Shown piece after piece: positions 1 through 12,349 of a stretch of 64,000 nt of DNA (within the stretch, counting starts at the first letter, position 1; every line of letters starts with the position of its first letter). Below the pieces are notes generated by a model. The model was not told the origin of the DNA and did not search any database. It worked only from the letters and a program-made list of their open reading frames with translations. This DNA comes from Raillietiella orientalis (taxonomy: Eukaryota): assembly GCA_036172245.1 (NCBI GenBank), contig JAYWIR010000038.1, forward strand, positions 1,116,001 to 1,180,000, in the 5' to 3' direction. The position numbers and the translations under genes were made by a program.

Positions 1-68
1 CCGAGCGACCGGTGTCGAAAATCGCGTGACCACCTGTCCGAAAACTCCGCGGAGTACGAGCCGCTCAC

Positions 69-237
69 CTAAAATCCCGTAAAGAAAATACAAAATCATC
101 ACGATCTGAAGAGGGCACGACCACAACAGGTTGATGTACATCATGAGGTCTTGGAATCGCATTGCGTCTATGGACATCAGGTTGACGATCTCCCCAACGG
201 TGTACTTGCTCCTGGAAGCTGGCGATACTGTCAGGGC
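69..237 (-). CDS. ABCC1: ABCC/MRP exon 9 (TMD1)
   Basis: cttttcag acceptor; ALTVSPASRSKYTVGEIVNLMSIDAMRFQDLMMYINLLWSCPLQI; gtgagc donor. Confidence 0.95.
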
Positions 238-3200
238 CTGAAAAGAAGATCAATGTACACAAGGAGAGATACAAAAACGATCGGGAGGAGGAGGGCGGAT
301 TTCGTGGTCAAGAGCGATTCTTGCGCACCCTGCGGCCTCTCTGCTGGGTGGCTGGCACCCGCCCGTCGTCACCTGCTTCCTCCGAATTCACATCTCCTCT
401 TCCCCTGCGAAAATCTCACTCGAAGCGGAAGGTCTCCAGAACCCGTTTGGCAAGCAAACTTGGGCATGGGCCAAGACTTGGAGATAATACCTCAAAGCAA
501 CCTCTCCATTCTGGACCACACGACCCTCGATGGTTTCCTTTTTTGAGCGGGAAAAACATGAACTCGCGTTCCAACAGGAAGGCCCACTGGGCTGTAGGCT
601 GAAACTTGTACGGCGGCGCTGACCGCTCTCGTCTCTCCCCGCCCTCTCACATCAGGTGGCTGAAGTTGCAAAGAGGCTGGGGGAAGATGGAGGAAGAGGA
701 GGGTGTTCTCGGCTCTCTGGATGCAACACCGCATTGTTGCGGCTCCAGAAAATCGTTTCCAGGAGTTTGCGAGTGGAAGGCCAATGTGTCCGACGGATGC
801 GTTGAACCTGTAAGCTCCAGACGGCTTCTGCGCAACTCCCTGTAGGCGTGGAGCCTTCCTTTCCCGAGGAGTCCAGGGAAGCAGCAGTCGCAACAGCGAG
901 ACAAACCGCTGCAGACCTCTGCTAAGGCGCAGCCACAGAGGCCGCCGCCAGCGGCGCAGATCCTGAGAAACGTCCATCGCCATCTCAACCGAGGCCCGAA
1001 GCTCGGACGAAGACGAAGGATATGGCGTCGAAGGAGGCTCTGTGGTCCAGAGTCGTCTTCGGCATCATCTCCTTCATCATCAATGGTGACCAATGACGAC
1101 GATGGACGACGGCGGAAGTGATGGCATCATTCTCACCGACACCTTTCAAAGAAGTGTCTCGAGGCGTCTTCTAAGCCTGTCATAAGGCCGAGGTTCTTGG
1201 AGGACGCGAGGAGCTTCTCATCCGCTGCCGTAGCAGAGGAAACAGATCGAGTGCGGGGAGCTGGTCGTGAAAATTCACCGCGACCTAGACAAGGTTGACC
1301 AACTCTACCCTCTGCTGGTACCTCGGGAGATCCACAATTTTCCGAGCGGCCATTGCCTCTATTATTCCATTACCCCAGTTACAAGAGAAGATCTCAGGGC
1401 GCACGTCGGCCACGGAATTGCTTCGACGCTCCTCCTCCTCTCTAGGGAGGGTGACGCAGGAAAGGGAAGGGAACCAGGACATCCCCTTCGACCCTCCGTT
1501 TCTCTCGCGCTCTCTCTCAACCCTTTCCACTCACGCGCACCCTGAGAACCCTGGGTCGGAAACGTCACGTACCTTCCTGTAGATGACGGCTGTCAGGGCG
1601 GTCCTGAAGTTCATTCCCACCACTGAGGCCAATTCGAAGTACTTGCTCAGAAGAAAGGTCATGAACTGCGAGTTCAGCAGGATCAGAATGGAATACAGGT
1701 ATCCTCGCCACAGGGGCTCATTAGATGCGGAGAAGCCGATGAGCTTACTAAATCGGTAACGGGACGAGGGCAGCAGGTGGAAACATAGGCGCGCGCGCTC
1801 CCCCCTTCTCCCTTCACTCACTTCAGCAGAAGAGGGTTGACAAGCTGAAGCATGTCGTAGATCAGCTTTAGTATGAAGGTCACAATAAGCCGCTTGGCGT
1901 TGGACTTTACCAGAGGCAGCATGATGGAGGATTGCGTCTCCTTTTTTTCTGCCTGCTTCTGCTGCTGCTTGCTGGAAAGGACAAGATGCAGTGTCGTTCT
2001 CCGAGGTTTGCGGCTCCCTTCCAAGAGCGTAAGGAAAAGAGATAGGGATATGAAGAAAGTGAAGATGGCGGTTCCTTGACACCTCTCCCCTTTTGCAGCA
2101 TGCTTTGAGCGCGCCCATAAGGAAGCAAATGGGGGTATGATCCGTCCGGCAAGCGAATCGAACTCCGAAAAGTTCCCGAAGGACCACGCCGCTTCAGAGA
2201 TCTGGCCGACTGCTCCTATCGGGTGCTCCAGCGGGAGATGGAAACTTCAGAGACTTTTTCCGGAAGTTTCCTTTTTAAGACTCTACCCTTCCATCCCCTC
2301 TCTCCGAGGCACGCCGCATGCCGGAGCGCGCGCGAGCTCCCGGTTCCACAGGGGAGGAAGGAGGGATTCACACTGCCGTCAGAAGGGTGAGACAGTGCTT
2401 ACCTGCCGTGTTTCAAAGCACAGAGAAAACTCCTTCCTGGAGTGTCGAGGCCCTCGGAACCCCGAAGGAGTTTCTCGTCTGTGCCCCGCGTGCTTGCCTA
2501 AACGCAAGCACCGAGCTGCGACGGTCCCAGAGGAGAACCTCCGCTTCCCCCTTCTTTCCTTATCCTTCTATACTCTCCCTCCGTTTTTTATTCTCTCCCT
2601 TTTCTCTTCTGGCCTCTTTCCAAGTACCCCCTACTCGGTCCCCATATCCCTTATCCCACTTGATGCTGTTGTAGACCTAGCGTCGGTAGCAGGGGCATCC
2701 TCTTCGCACTCCTCATCCTCCCTTCTCCCTCATTCCATCAAGTCGGAGGCTCAGCAATTCCGAGCCTTCAGAAACCATTCTCCCGAAAAGAGAAGGTTCG
2801 TTTCCTGGGAGAGAGGATGACGCCGCCTCGACGGCTCCTACAGAGATCTGCTGGCCCGCCTCGGGAGAAGGGAAGGGAGTAGAGAGGGAGGGGGAGAAGG
2901 GAAGAAAGCCGCTGGATGAAAGGCACTCAAAGAACTCGATCGAATCCAGATGAGCAGATTCAAGCCGTACCTGGGATGCTGGGATTCCCTCTTCCAGGAC
3001 CTGATGAAGGTCCTGTAAACATTGTCTGTGGCCAGTTCCTCTTGCAGCAGACAGAGATCATCTTTGGTGATGGCTCTTTTGTATCCTATCCACGCTATCC
3101 TATCGAACCAAACGTAGGTCAGGAGACTGGAGAAGGAGGCGAACAAGGCAGGAGAGAAGAGTTCCTAAAACGAGAGGGAGGGAGAGAGATGGAAAAAAGA

Positions 3201-6200
3201 GAGAGAAGAGGGGTATTGAGAAGAGATATCGAGGAGGGGTTCAGTCGCTGGGATGGGGACGAGCAGCCACAGCGGGAAAGGAGCGCTGCACTCTCGGAGG
3301 GGAAGAGGGGAGGATTACCGGAAAGCATCACCTTCCCACGCGCACCTTCCCCATGATGCAACCGGAGCGTCCTTTCCGACTGCCCCGGAAGAGTGCTTGT
3401 TTGGGAACACCCGCGAGGGGAAGGAGTGAGCTCTGAAATTCCCAAGGGTACCCTCAGCAGAAGCGGGGAGAGGAATGCTCCTCGTACTCGGAGTTGCAAC
3501 TTCCCCGCAATTTGAATAGGACCCCCCCCCTTCTCCCCTTCCTCCTCGGACAAGAGGAAAATTTCGATGGACCCGCTTGAGAGCGAGGGGGAGACGCTCT
3601 CGAGTCCTCTTATCCCTCCGTTCCTCACAGTGTCTCCTGCCGGAGGTCGCGAGTTTTCCTTGAAGACCCCTTCTCTCGCAACCCACCTTCTGTCTTTTTT
3701 TGGGGGGGAGGGGAGGGAGGAAAGGAAAGGCACATACTCGGATCATCCCCTCCACAGGAGAGCAGAAGGAGTAGAGGAGAAAATGGGGATAAGTTTGGAA
3801 GAGGAAAAGGGGGCTCAAAGTCCTCACCTTCTCCTTCTTCGAAGGATGCCCATCGTAGAAGCAGTTGAGGATCAGCTCCGAGAAGATGATAGGGAAGCGC
3901 ACCATCGCTCCCACGAAGTTCTCCTTCCGGAAGGGCGTCTCCTGCGAGAGAGAGGCAGCAAGCAGAAGGAAAGTGGCGCTCGTTCCTCCCCAAGTTTCCT
4001 CCCTCCTCCCCTCCCCTTCTCACCTCGAAGAACACCTTTCGGATGGAGCTCTGGTAGATGAAGAACTCGCAAACGGAGCTCAACAGCCAGAAGACGGACA
4101 GGGTTGCTGAAGTACCCACACCCTGGACCTTGAGGTACACGGTGACGACCTGCACCCACAGCTGCAAACATGTGTGTTAGCTCCCTTTCCGCTCAGAACT
4201 CTCCCTCCAGGCGCTGGCAGACAGGCCCACAGAGTCCTCCTCCTCCTCGATCCCCATCGAGCCTCGGAGGACACACACACGTACCAGGGACAGGAGGAAC
4301 AGCACTCCCTTCAGCTTGGATGCTGGGGGATGGTCATGGGTGAAGCTGACAGCAATCTCCTGGATGGCGACAATCACCAGTGCCGACAGCAGGATCTGCG
4401 ACAGGAAGAGAGGTCAGGTAACGAGTGCGAAACGGTGTCAGGGGAGGGGGACACATCGCCTCTTCACAGCGTGGCAGAGGCGGCACTGGCCGGGACGCAG
4501 AGGTATCGGTCAATTGGGCCGAAGAGGTTGGTGTGGAGGTTAGCCGGTTGCCGTGACACCGGAAGTGTCCTTGCAGTCGTCCGTATTCGAAGGCCGCTGT
4601 ATTGCCATTAGCGAAGTGTGTCAAAACTCGAGAATTCTGTATCAAAGCCACTAGCGGACACTCACATATAGAAATAACCTAATCAGCAATGCGCGTAGCC
4701 CACAAGTAGCCTGAGCTTCTTCGGCTGTCGCCATGGCACGGCGCCATGTTTTCCTTTCGTAAGTGAGGATCGCTGGAATAAACCACTGCATTGGTCCTGT
4801 GCTTTCAGTAGAATCTCAGTTTCCTTAGGAACTCGATGCTTCCCGCAAGAACAATGGCTACCGCTTCTATACGATTCCTTTACTGTTTTAAGCTTCACTC
4901 AAGTGCGAGCATTTGTTCTGAGGGGAAGTCGAATCGCTCATTGGTTTTCAAATTTAATGCGAGCACTCTCTCCAGATAGTGAACAGCGGATCCCCAACTG
5001 CTTTTCAGATTTAGTTAGAAAAGATCGCTAAATAAACAAAACCAAAATTCAAAGCAACTCTTTACCTGGGAAGGTTCCCAAGGGTCCTGATGAAGATTCA
5101 ACTAACAGAGGCTGAGCCTGAGGGCTTCAAAAGCAGAGCCATTGGAGGTATGAGGCTTCAACTTCCAAGGCTCAGTCCTAGTCGACGTTCAACAAGTACA
5201 GAATGAAATAAACATTTATGTTGCCCAGTAGTAAATTCGACTTGTACTGCTCATTCTTTCTTTATCTTCTCCAGTACTTGTAGTTATCAGTGTACAAGCA
5301 GGTTTCTCTACATAGTTTCGAAAATTCCGTGTCCCTTCTTCCGTTTCTTGTAGACGGGATAAGCACACGTGCATGCATGTTGCCTTCAGTCAGATGAATG
5401 GATTGCGAGTCTTAAATGCTATTTTGTCTTTTCCCAGACTTAATCTGGGAAGTCCTATTCAGTGCAAGCTCGTCGTCGATAGACTCTTTCCTTTTTGCTG
5501 GTGCTTAGCATTGGAAAGCTCTAGGTCTTTCAGTTCTGGAGAATTGTGGGGCGAAAAGGTATCCACAACTGTACTCAAAACCCACAATTCTGGATGACGA
5601 TTCCGTCTGATTGGTTTCGACTCACATCCACGGTCTTTTGTTTGAAGAATAGGATCGTTCTCCAGCCTCCGCGATGAGCAGAAACATTGGTGCTCCTTTC
5701 ACATTGCTTCAGATCTCTTAGGTACGAAATGAATCCCTACGATTCTTGTGTACTGGATTTTTCGCTTTCGTGCTGAACTATCTTGTCTCAACCAACCGGT
5801 CAAGAAACAGTTAGTTGCTGAGGACCACTTCTAAGAATGTTTCGGGGAAAGTTTCATCAAAAGACCCTGAGTCATCTTAGGGCACTTCTGACGAAAGTTT
5901 GAGAGGAAAAAAAAGATTTCAGATTGGCAGGAGCATTAAAGAGGATGAAGAAAAGAAATAATTCGGACGTTTTAATGGGTCGCGGGAGATTCCTCATTCA
6001 GATCTCAAGTTCCGTCGTTCAGGCACAGGTTCACCCAAGAGCCTTCAGGCGATGTCATGAAAGCGACCTGAACGAAATGACGGAAACAGATTGCGAGTTC
6101 TGTTTCTGAAGCTGTAGAGTGGGAATTCATCCTATGGTGTAAACACATCCATAAGGTATATAAGAATGAAGATTCGTTCCAGCTGCCACGCATGTGCTCG

Positions 6201-9200
6201 TGGTTTGCAGCAAAGAAAAATGTGTGGTCCAGCGCACGCAGTTGATAGTCCAGCACAATACTCTGGAGGAGGCACTGCATCTCACGTTCACCCGAAGTGC
6301 AACAGAACCACTAACAGAGGTTGGTGCAGCAGTGCTAAGATCAGACGCAACTCTAGCGGAAGGGGGTGCGGAAACGTAGATGCAACGTTGGTGTTGCACG
6401 TCTGAGCAGGGGCGGAGCCCAGGACGTGGGCAGAGCTCTTCAGATGAAAGACGCTTTGGCATTCTTCACCACCTCACCCCTTCCCTTCCTTCTTCTTGTC
6501 CTCTGCCCTCACGAAGGCAAGATGAGAAGTGCAGCGACAAGGCACCGCATTGAGACAGCACCAATCTCCGCGGCATTCCCCACGTAGAGCTTTTGCGCAT
6601 GACTGCTGAGGAATGGGGCAAGAAGGAGTAGAAACTCCATCGCCGAGCAGCGTGTGGATTGTGAACAGGGCAGTGGCATGGTCCGCGGCTGGGATCCGTG
6701 ACCACTCGGTTCGCGTAACGTGCGCGAGCGCACGCCGCGTAGAGGCGCGCGTGATTCACGGAACAGCAACTGACTAACGTTGTCATGGACAGCAGCCGAG
6801 CGGCGTTAAGCGATGGCGCCTTGCTATTTTCTCCTCTCCCCTGTGCAGGACCCTGCCGGCTTCAGTCCGCCTCCTCCGCCCCACAACTTTCGACATGCGC
6901 GCGATCTCGAACGCCGACATGCAAACGGAAGAAGCCCATCGGCCAGCTCGTGACTTCTCCCTCTTTCCTTTACCAAGCCTCAGCCACTACTCACTGTCCA
7001 CCTCAGCTTAGGTTCTCTGTCACCTTCATCCCTGCCTTTCCTCTTCTACTGCCTTCCTATTTTGCTGCTCCGCGAGCTTCGCGCGAGTCCTGAGGACCAC
7101 TGCGGAACGAACGCAGCCAGCGCGGCCATTGCCAACACAACCAGCAGTCCGAAGAAGGGCAAGGCGGGCTCTCAGCAGGCGTAGCTCCGCGATGCGAGGC
7201 TCTTGAGCTAATGGAAAGTTCGAGGCAGAAGAGCGGGGGGGGAGGGGTTGCTGAGCGCGCGTCACCGGAAGGTGTTCGACGAACACTCGAAGCGGCGGAG
7301 AGACCGCTGGATGCACGCGGGAGGCCAAGGACGCATGCGGCCAAGCGACCCCAGTCCACCTTCCAGGAAGAACCGCAAGATGGGTGGCTGGAAAAGTTTC
7401 AGGCGGGAGAAGGAAGCATCCCGGCCGAACGTGAGGATATCTGAAGAGGTCGGGGAGCGAACGGAAACGAGGCGGGAGGGAAGGAGAAGATGTGACGCGT
7501 TCCGGACACGAGGGAAAGCAGCCAGGAAGAACTTGGTGGACCGCGGGTGGAGAGAGGGGATTTCGGAGCACGCGAAAGCAGGGCTTTTGCTAGGACTAAT
7601 CGATAGGGTGGGGCGGTCTTTTCTTCCCCGTCCAAGGAGAGCTCTTTCATTCAGAACGGCCTGTGGAGGCCACGCAAGAAGCACAAACTTTCCGGACGAG
7701 CCGATGGGCAGAGGGTTGTAGCGATTTTGGCTGCGCGGGAAGAGAGGAATCCATCGGCACACGCAGGGGGAAAAGGGAGCCGAGTCTATGCAATCGTTGC
7801 CAAGCAACCTCGTTGAGTGGGATCCTGGAAAGCGCCGCCTGAAAAAGCCAGCCTCTGAGGTACCGATGCGGATGTGATGACTCTGATCCAGGGAGAACGT
7901 CGGGGGATGTCCTGTCTGGACCCCGCCGGATCGCGCCGAGACGATCCGCCGGATCCCTCGGGTCGGTCAGGCGCATCGCTTCCTAGATGGAGTCGGGATT
8001 GGCCAGAGCGATCTCGTGGGACGCCCAGATATGGAGAGGGAAGCTGTTTGGAGCGGGAACGGTTTGTTTTGTGGAAGGGAGCTGGGAGAACTCCGCTCCC
8101 TCGAAAAGTCCTCCCTTGGGAAGCAACCAGCGACCTGTAATGTGGTGGCCTGGAACAGCGTCGCAGGTGCGCTCGGCCTCTTTGCGTACACCAGAGACCT
8201 CCCGCAGCTCGCACGCGTGCTGCCAGCCTGCATTCGACCACGCGCGCGAGTAGCGTCTACAAGAAACCCAGGGGACCGAGCGCGCAGGGGTGATGGACGC
8301 TCGACCTGGACGCGCATCTCCGGTTCTTGCGCGCGAAAGTCCACTCGCGCTGCTCGGAGACGCGACCAACCGGTCGGTCCGGCAAGCTCGAGAAAGCAGA
8401 GCATGGGAAAATGGTGGCAGTTTCAAAGCGACCGATTCCGGGAGGAGACTTCAAGCTCCCTACTGGACCCGGTGGGTCTAGAAGGCGGAAGCCGAGTCGT
8501 CCCGGATGGCTATCGCCTGCCGAGGGAGGGGGAAGATGAACGAGGTAGCAGCAAGGCAGAGCGAGGACACACCACTGGCGGGGTTCCTAGGAGCCCGGGC
8601 TGGGCACGGGAGCGGCAGGAAACATGAAGAACATGACGGCGCGCGTCAGTGCTCGGGATGTCCGGAACGTTTGAAGAGAGCGCGTCTTGGGTCGCCTGTC
8701 GCAGCGCTTGCGACAGGATAACAAGATGGCGGACGTCGTGGGGAAACCGCCTGACGTTGGCCGCGTGCACCGAAATCGAATGCACGAGTGCAAAATCGAG
8801 TGAGCGGGGGAGGACCTCAGGGCGTTTCCCGGCAACGGGAGTGAAGGAGCGACCCCTTGCCTGCCATTCTCAGGACAGAACGTTCGCCCTATTGATCTCG
8901 AGGCGTCAAGGAGCCGTAGACGACTTTCCACGCATCCTGACTAGGCGCCTGAACGCGGATTCAGGAAACTCCAGATCACGTGATCCAATCAATCGTCTGA
9001 GATTGCCCTCCGGTTGCGTAGGAAGTACACGAATTCGAATGCTAACATCCGCCTTCGGAACACGCACGCGATTGGTTTTTCGGTATGGCGTGGTTGCATT
9101 TGAAAGGTCAGTTCGCTGTGTCAAACGCAGAATAAGGGAAGAAGGGAGGGGGGGGGGGAGGGGATCAATAAAGTTTTCTGCTCGAATTTCGCTTCGAGGG

Positions 9201-10751
9201 CAAGGAAAAAAAAATTCGGCCAGCTTGCGCCAACTTCAGGAATGAATGGCGACTGCCGTAGCGCGCAATCACGGGGGTCACCCCCTCAGAGGCAAAGCCA
9301 CCCATAGCAAGAGATTGGAACCGTTAGGACTGTCGAATCTCTCGCAACTTTCAAGCCAACACCGGACGCAGGGAATGACCCCCCGGGTGAAGTAACCACG
9401 ATGCTCCGCCGGACACATCGCGGCAGAAGCCATTTTCCTTGAGGAAACCACTCCACGTTAACTGGAAGCGGATTCTCGCAGGGCCCACCCCCCGTTTCGA
9501 CGGCCGCTCCCTGCCACATATTACCTGTTTCCCTATAGTGAGTACGGTGATGCTTTTTTCAACCGGGGGAGCTTTCCTCAGGTTCAGGAATTCGATCGGG
9601 GAAAGAAGGGCCAGAAATAACACCGGTATCCACGCTAGAACAGTATTCTGGAAGCATTCCGTGAAATCGGGTCTGTGCGTGTTCCAGGTTACGTTGAGGT
9701 CCTGAAAACAGCGAAACAGATTTAGAAAAGTCCAGCCTCTGAAAATCATCCTATGGAGGCGTGAGGATGACCGTCGTCGCATATATTTCAACAGACACAC
9801 ACATCTATAGAAGTTCTACATATTGCCTGCGATGTCTGCTAATCAACTTCATTCGTTCATTTAATTCTACTTTATTTTTGTTTACCTTATTAAAGGAGAA
9901 AAAATAAAAACATGTGTGTGTGTGTGGGGGGGGGGGGAGGGAGGTAGCCGCCCGTCCCTATTTCGTTACGGAATTGGATCCACGTGGTAAGGCAGGCATT
10001 CTTCCTCGGCGTGCGCGAATTCCTCCCGTTGGATCCGAATAGCGAGTTGGGACTCGTCCCAAATGCGTTGGCAGTTTTGAGGGGCATGAAGCCAGTCTCA
10101 GACTGGTTGCACAGTCCCCCCCCCCCCTCTCCCTTTCTCCTCCCCCACCCCGTGTGCTCCGCACGAGGCATTGCACAGAGCTAATGCAGTTGAGTACAAG
10201 ATTTGCATCCTTATCGAACCGTTAATTCCCATCCATTTGCGTCCTGCCGTTCCAACAACCAAACCGAGGTGTTTTTTTTTTTTTTTTTTTTTCGGGGCGA
10301 ACAATCCGCGGATGGAGCCGGAGGATGCTGATCAAACAAGTCGGTAAGTGCTCTGAATGTTGCCGATAGCTGGGATGCTCGCGCTCCCGTAATCGATAGC
10401 ACCGTGGGGACGAGGGAGAGGCAGCAAGGTCAAACACCAACCCAGCCGGATCACACGATCCCGATGGCTGTCGTTTGACTAGGGTGCCTCCCGAATGAGA
10501 AACACACACACACACACACACACGGACAAACCTTTCCAACGGTCGTAGTGGAGGCAAAAAACACCCATCCAAGACCGGGGAAACACCAAGTCTTCCGCGA
10601 GCTCGCAGGAAATAGCCACGGGCCGCGAACGGCGAGCTGTTACAGGGTGAACCTCCCGCTCGTGGACGAGGAGGAAAAAAGCAGCGTTCCACCCTCTTCG
10701 GCACAGCGCTTTCACACCACCACCAACCACACTGTGGAGACAGGCAGACAT

Positions 10752-10792
<41 letters not shown>

Positions 10793-10849
10793 AAAAAAAC
10801 AACGATTTACCCAGAACTTGGACTGGCAGAAATCATCCAAGGCATCCAT
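69..10849 (-). CDS. ABCC1: Multidrug resistance-associated protein (MRP1/ABCC subfamily, long form with TMD0); 5' portion, ~422 codons in window, continues off the left edge
   Basis: Exons 10849-10811, 9701-9525, 4395-4285, 4161-4024, 3941-3828, 3164-2971, 1971-1822, 1747-1573 and 237-69. All introns are GT-AG and phase-compatible. The translation has MRP1 hallmarks: FCQSKFW-DLNVTWNT..PDFTECFQNTVLAWIP, ASFSSLLTYVWFD..GYKR..DL, GMNFRTALTAVIYRKAL and YTVGEIVNLMSIDA.RF. The paralog (ABCC1/2/3-like) cannot be resolved. Confidence 0.93.
290..1445 (+). mobile_element. Decayed non-LTR retrotransposon fragment (end of endonuclease to start of RT) in ABCC intron 8
   Basis: Eroded motifs in the expected order across frameshifts: SRTRL (~SRLD), ILDHT (~SDH), AHWAVG (~WKLN), LYPLLVPREIHNFPSGHCLYYSI (~LPxLIxxxQxGFxxGRxIxxNI). 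Confidence 0.45.
1573..1747 (-). CDS. ABCC1: ABCC/MRP exon 8 (TMD1)
   Basis: atttag acceptor; EPLWRGYLYS...GMNFRTALTAVIYRK; gtacgt donor. Confidence 0.94.
1822..1971 (-). CDS. ABCC1: ABCC/MRP exon 7 (start of TMD1)
   Basis: ctttccag acceptor; SIMLPLVKS...LKLIYDMLQLVNPLLL; gtgagt donor. Confidence 0.9.
2971..3164 (-). CDS. ABCC1: ABCC/MRP exon 6 (L0/lasso linker)
   Basis: ttttag acceptor; ASFSSLLTYVWFDRIAWIGYKRAITKDDL; gtacgg donor, phase 2. Confidence 0.92.
3828..3941 (-). CDS. ABCC1: ABCC/MRP exon 5 (last TMD0 helix)
   Basis: ctctcgcag acceptor; FPIIFSELILNCFYD; gtgagg donor; 114 nt. Confidence 0.87.
4024..4161 (-). CDS. ABCC1: ABCC/MRP exon 4 (TMD0)
   Basis: tttgcag acceptor; GVGTSATLSVFWLL (resembles MRP GVxSSGxLxxFWLL); gtgaga donor; 138 nt. 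Confidence 0.88.
4285..4395 (-). CDS. ABCC1: ABCC/MRP exon 3 (TMD0)
   Basis: cctgtcgcag acceptor; hydrophobic ILLSALVIVAIQEI...GVLFLLSL; gtacgt donor; 111 nt. Confidence 0.82.
6000..8700 (-). mobile_element. Decayed LINE 5' region (ORF1-like zinc-knuckle remnant plus APE endonuclease remnant) in ABCC intron 2
   Basis: RRCSRPPHY (~CCHC knuckle) near 8150; VHNPHAARRW + FLLLLAPFLSSHAQKLYVGN (~YAP..R..FF..L..FL....GDFN) at 6580-6670. Confidence 0.4.
9525..9701 (-). CDS. ABCC1: ABCC/MRP exon 2 (start of TMD0)
   Basis: ttttcag acceptor; DLNVTWNTHRPDFTECFQNTVLAWIP; gtaa donor; 177 nt. Confidence 0.95.
10753..10788. repeat. (CA)n microsatellite, ~18 units, in ABCC intron 1
   Basis: Directly visible; shorter (CA)n runs also at ~10503-10522 and ~22995-23015. 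Confidence 0.95.
10811..10849 (-). CDS. ABCC1: ABCC/MRP exon 1 (MDALDDFCQSKFW)
   Basis: ATG at 10849, FCxxxFW motif, GTAA donor, phase 0 into exon 2. Confidence 0.85.
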
Positions 10850-10949
10850 GGAGCTTGCATGGCATTGTACAAACTACATAAAAAAAAGAAGGAATCGCTG
10901 GGATACTGGGTCGAGATACTTATAAAAGGTGCAGATATTAAAATTCTTA

Positions 10950-11743
10950 TTCAGAGAATCGCCCGACAGGCTGCAATCCGATCGATAGTAGCCTTCTTAC
11001 AAGCAACATGACTCAACAGCACGATAAAGTGCAGATAAAGGCTCCCTATCTTTGTTATGCAATTCCACACTAACAGTGTCAGTATTAGATTGCTAAATAT
11101 AAGCTAAGAAAAATCGTCTTATCGGACGCGCTGCCCTGCTTCGCCATGATTGAAAAACTTGCACATGCTTTTGGGCGTTTTTCTCACTGGGGCCGCGTGT
11201 GTGTTCCCGCAAGTGCGCTCCCCACGCTTCCGGAACCCGTGCCACGGATCCGGCAAGCGCTGCCGGGACCGTCCCGTGGAGAGGGTTGTGTCCTTGCAGG
11301 CGCGTGCTGCTGACCTTGCATAACCTTGAATCTCGGTTCACCTACGCGGGTCGCCGGGGAAAGGCACCTTTCCGTGCCGTGCACCTTTCCCTTGGTCCGA
11401 TCAGGGAACACTGCGTGTGCCTTCCCTTCTTTTCTTTTCTTTTTTGTCTTTTGGGTTTTCGTGTGTCTTTTAGCCCCACTGCCTATTCCCATCCGATGAG
11501 GAACAGGCATCGCGAAAATACTATCAGGACTCTGGTGAATATTTCCAGGCTCCAAAGTCCGAGCCTTCCCTATAGCCTCAGATTAGATTCCAGACAAGAG
11601 CCCTTCGGATTCTTCTACCGGCCCATTGTACATAGCAGCGGTTGTACACGAAAAATCCTGCTGTCAGCAAAAACTTCCAAAAGTCAAAAGACGGGTTCCC
11701 TCTTCGAGGAAATGTGGCGAGCAAACGAAACGTACGCATAGTA

Positions 11744-11775
<32 letters not shown>

Positions 11776-12150
11776 TGGTCACATGCAGTTTTATTCCTTG
11801 GTTGCTTCATTCATAACCTTTCCCAGGAAACTTCGAGACAGTACGGTAAAGCTTTTGCGCAAGTTCAGCAAACCGTGATCTCGAGAGGTCGACGTCGATT
11901 CCCATACAAAGTACCGACCAAATTTCCATACCTTCGCCTACTGGCTGTGGGGTTTGGGCTGCTGAAAACGCGATGTAGGGAAACTCTGCAGCGACCCTGC
12001 CCTCTGATTAAAGACCAGGAATTTTGCACACCGAGGTGGAGGAGGATGAATACGGGGGGGCGCAATGTCCCCCCGGGGCTCTCTACTTGTAAAGCTCAAG
12101 GGATAGTCGGTCATCGGCTTGGCAGCGTATTTCGTATTTTTTCAGCACTT
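10950..12150 (-). mobile_element. Decayed LINE reverse transcriptase
   Basis: Collinear eroded RT motifs: KIPGL*SEGRVAAEF (~KSPGxDGxxAEFY), RRPLEITVC*TCAKAL (~RPIxLxNxDYKILAK), SFDFWKF (~LDFxKAFD), GNIHQSPDS (~QG motif), AVFPDRT (~FADD). Confidence 0.5.
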
Positions 12151-12349
12151 ATCCTGTAAAATTCATTTGTCTAGCGAGGGGAGCAACCTCTCTCAAGTCG
12201 GAATAAACAAAAAGTGGCAAATCCTCCACGCCTTCATAGTTTGAAAAAAAAAAAAAAAAAACAAAACAAAAAAACGTAAACCTCGCAAAGTAAGAAAGTA
12301 AATATTAATTTACGTGTTTCCTAGAAAATAACTCGAAGAGTTGGAAAAT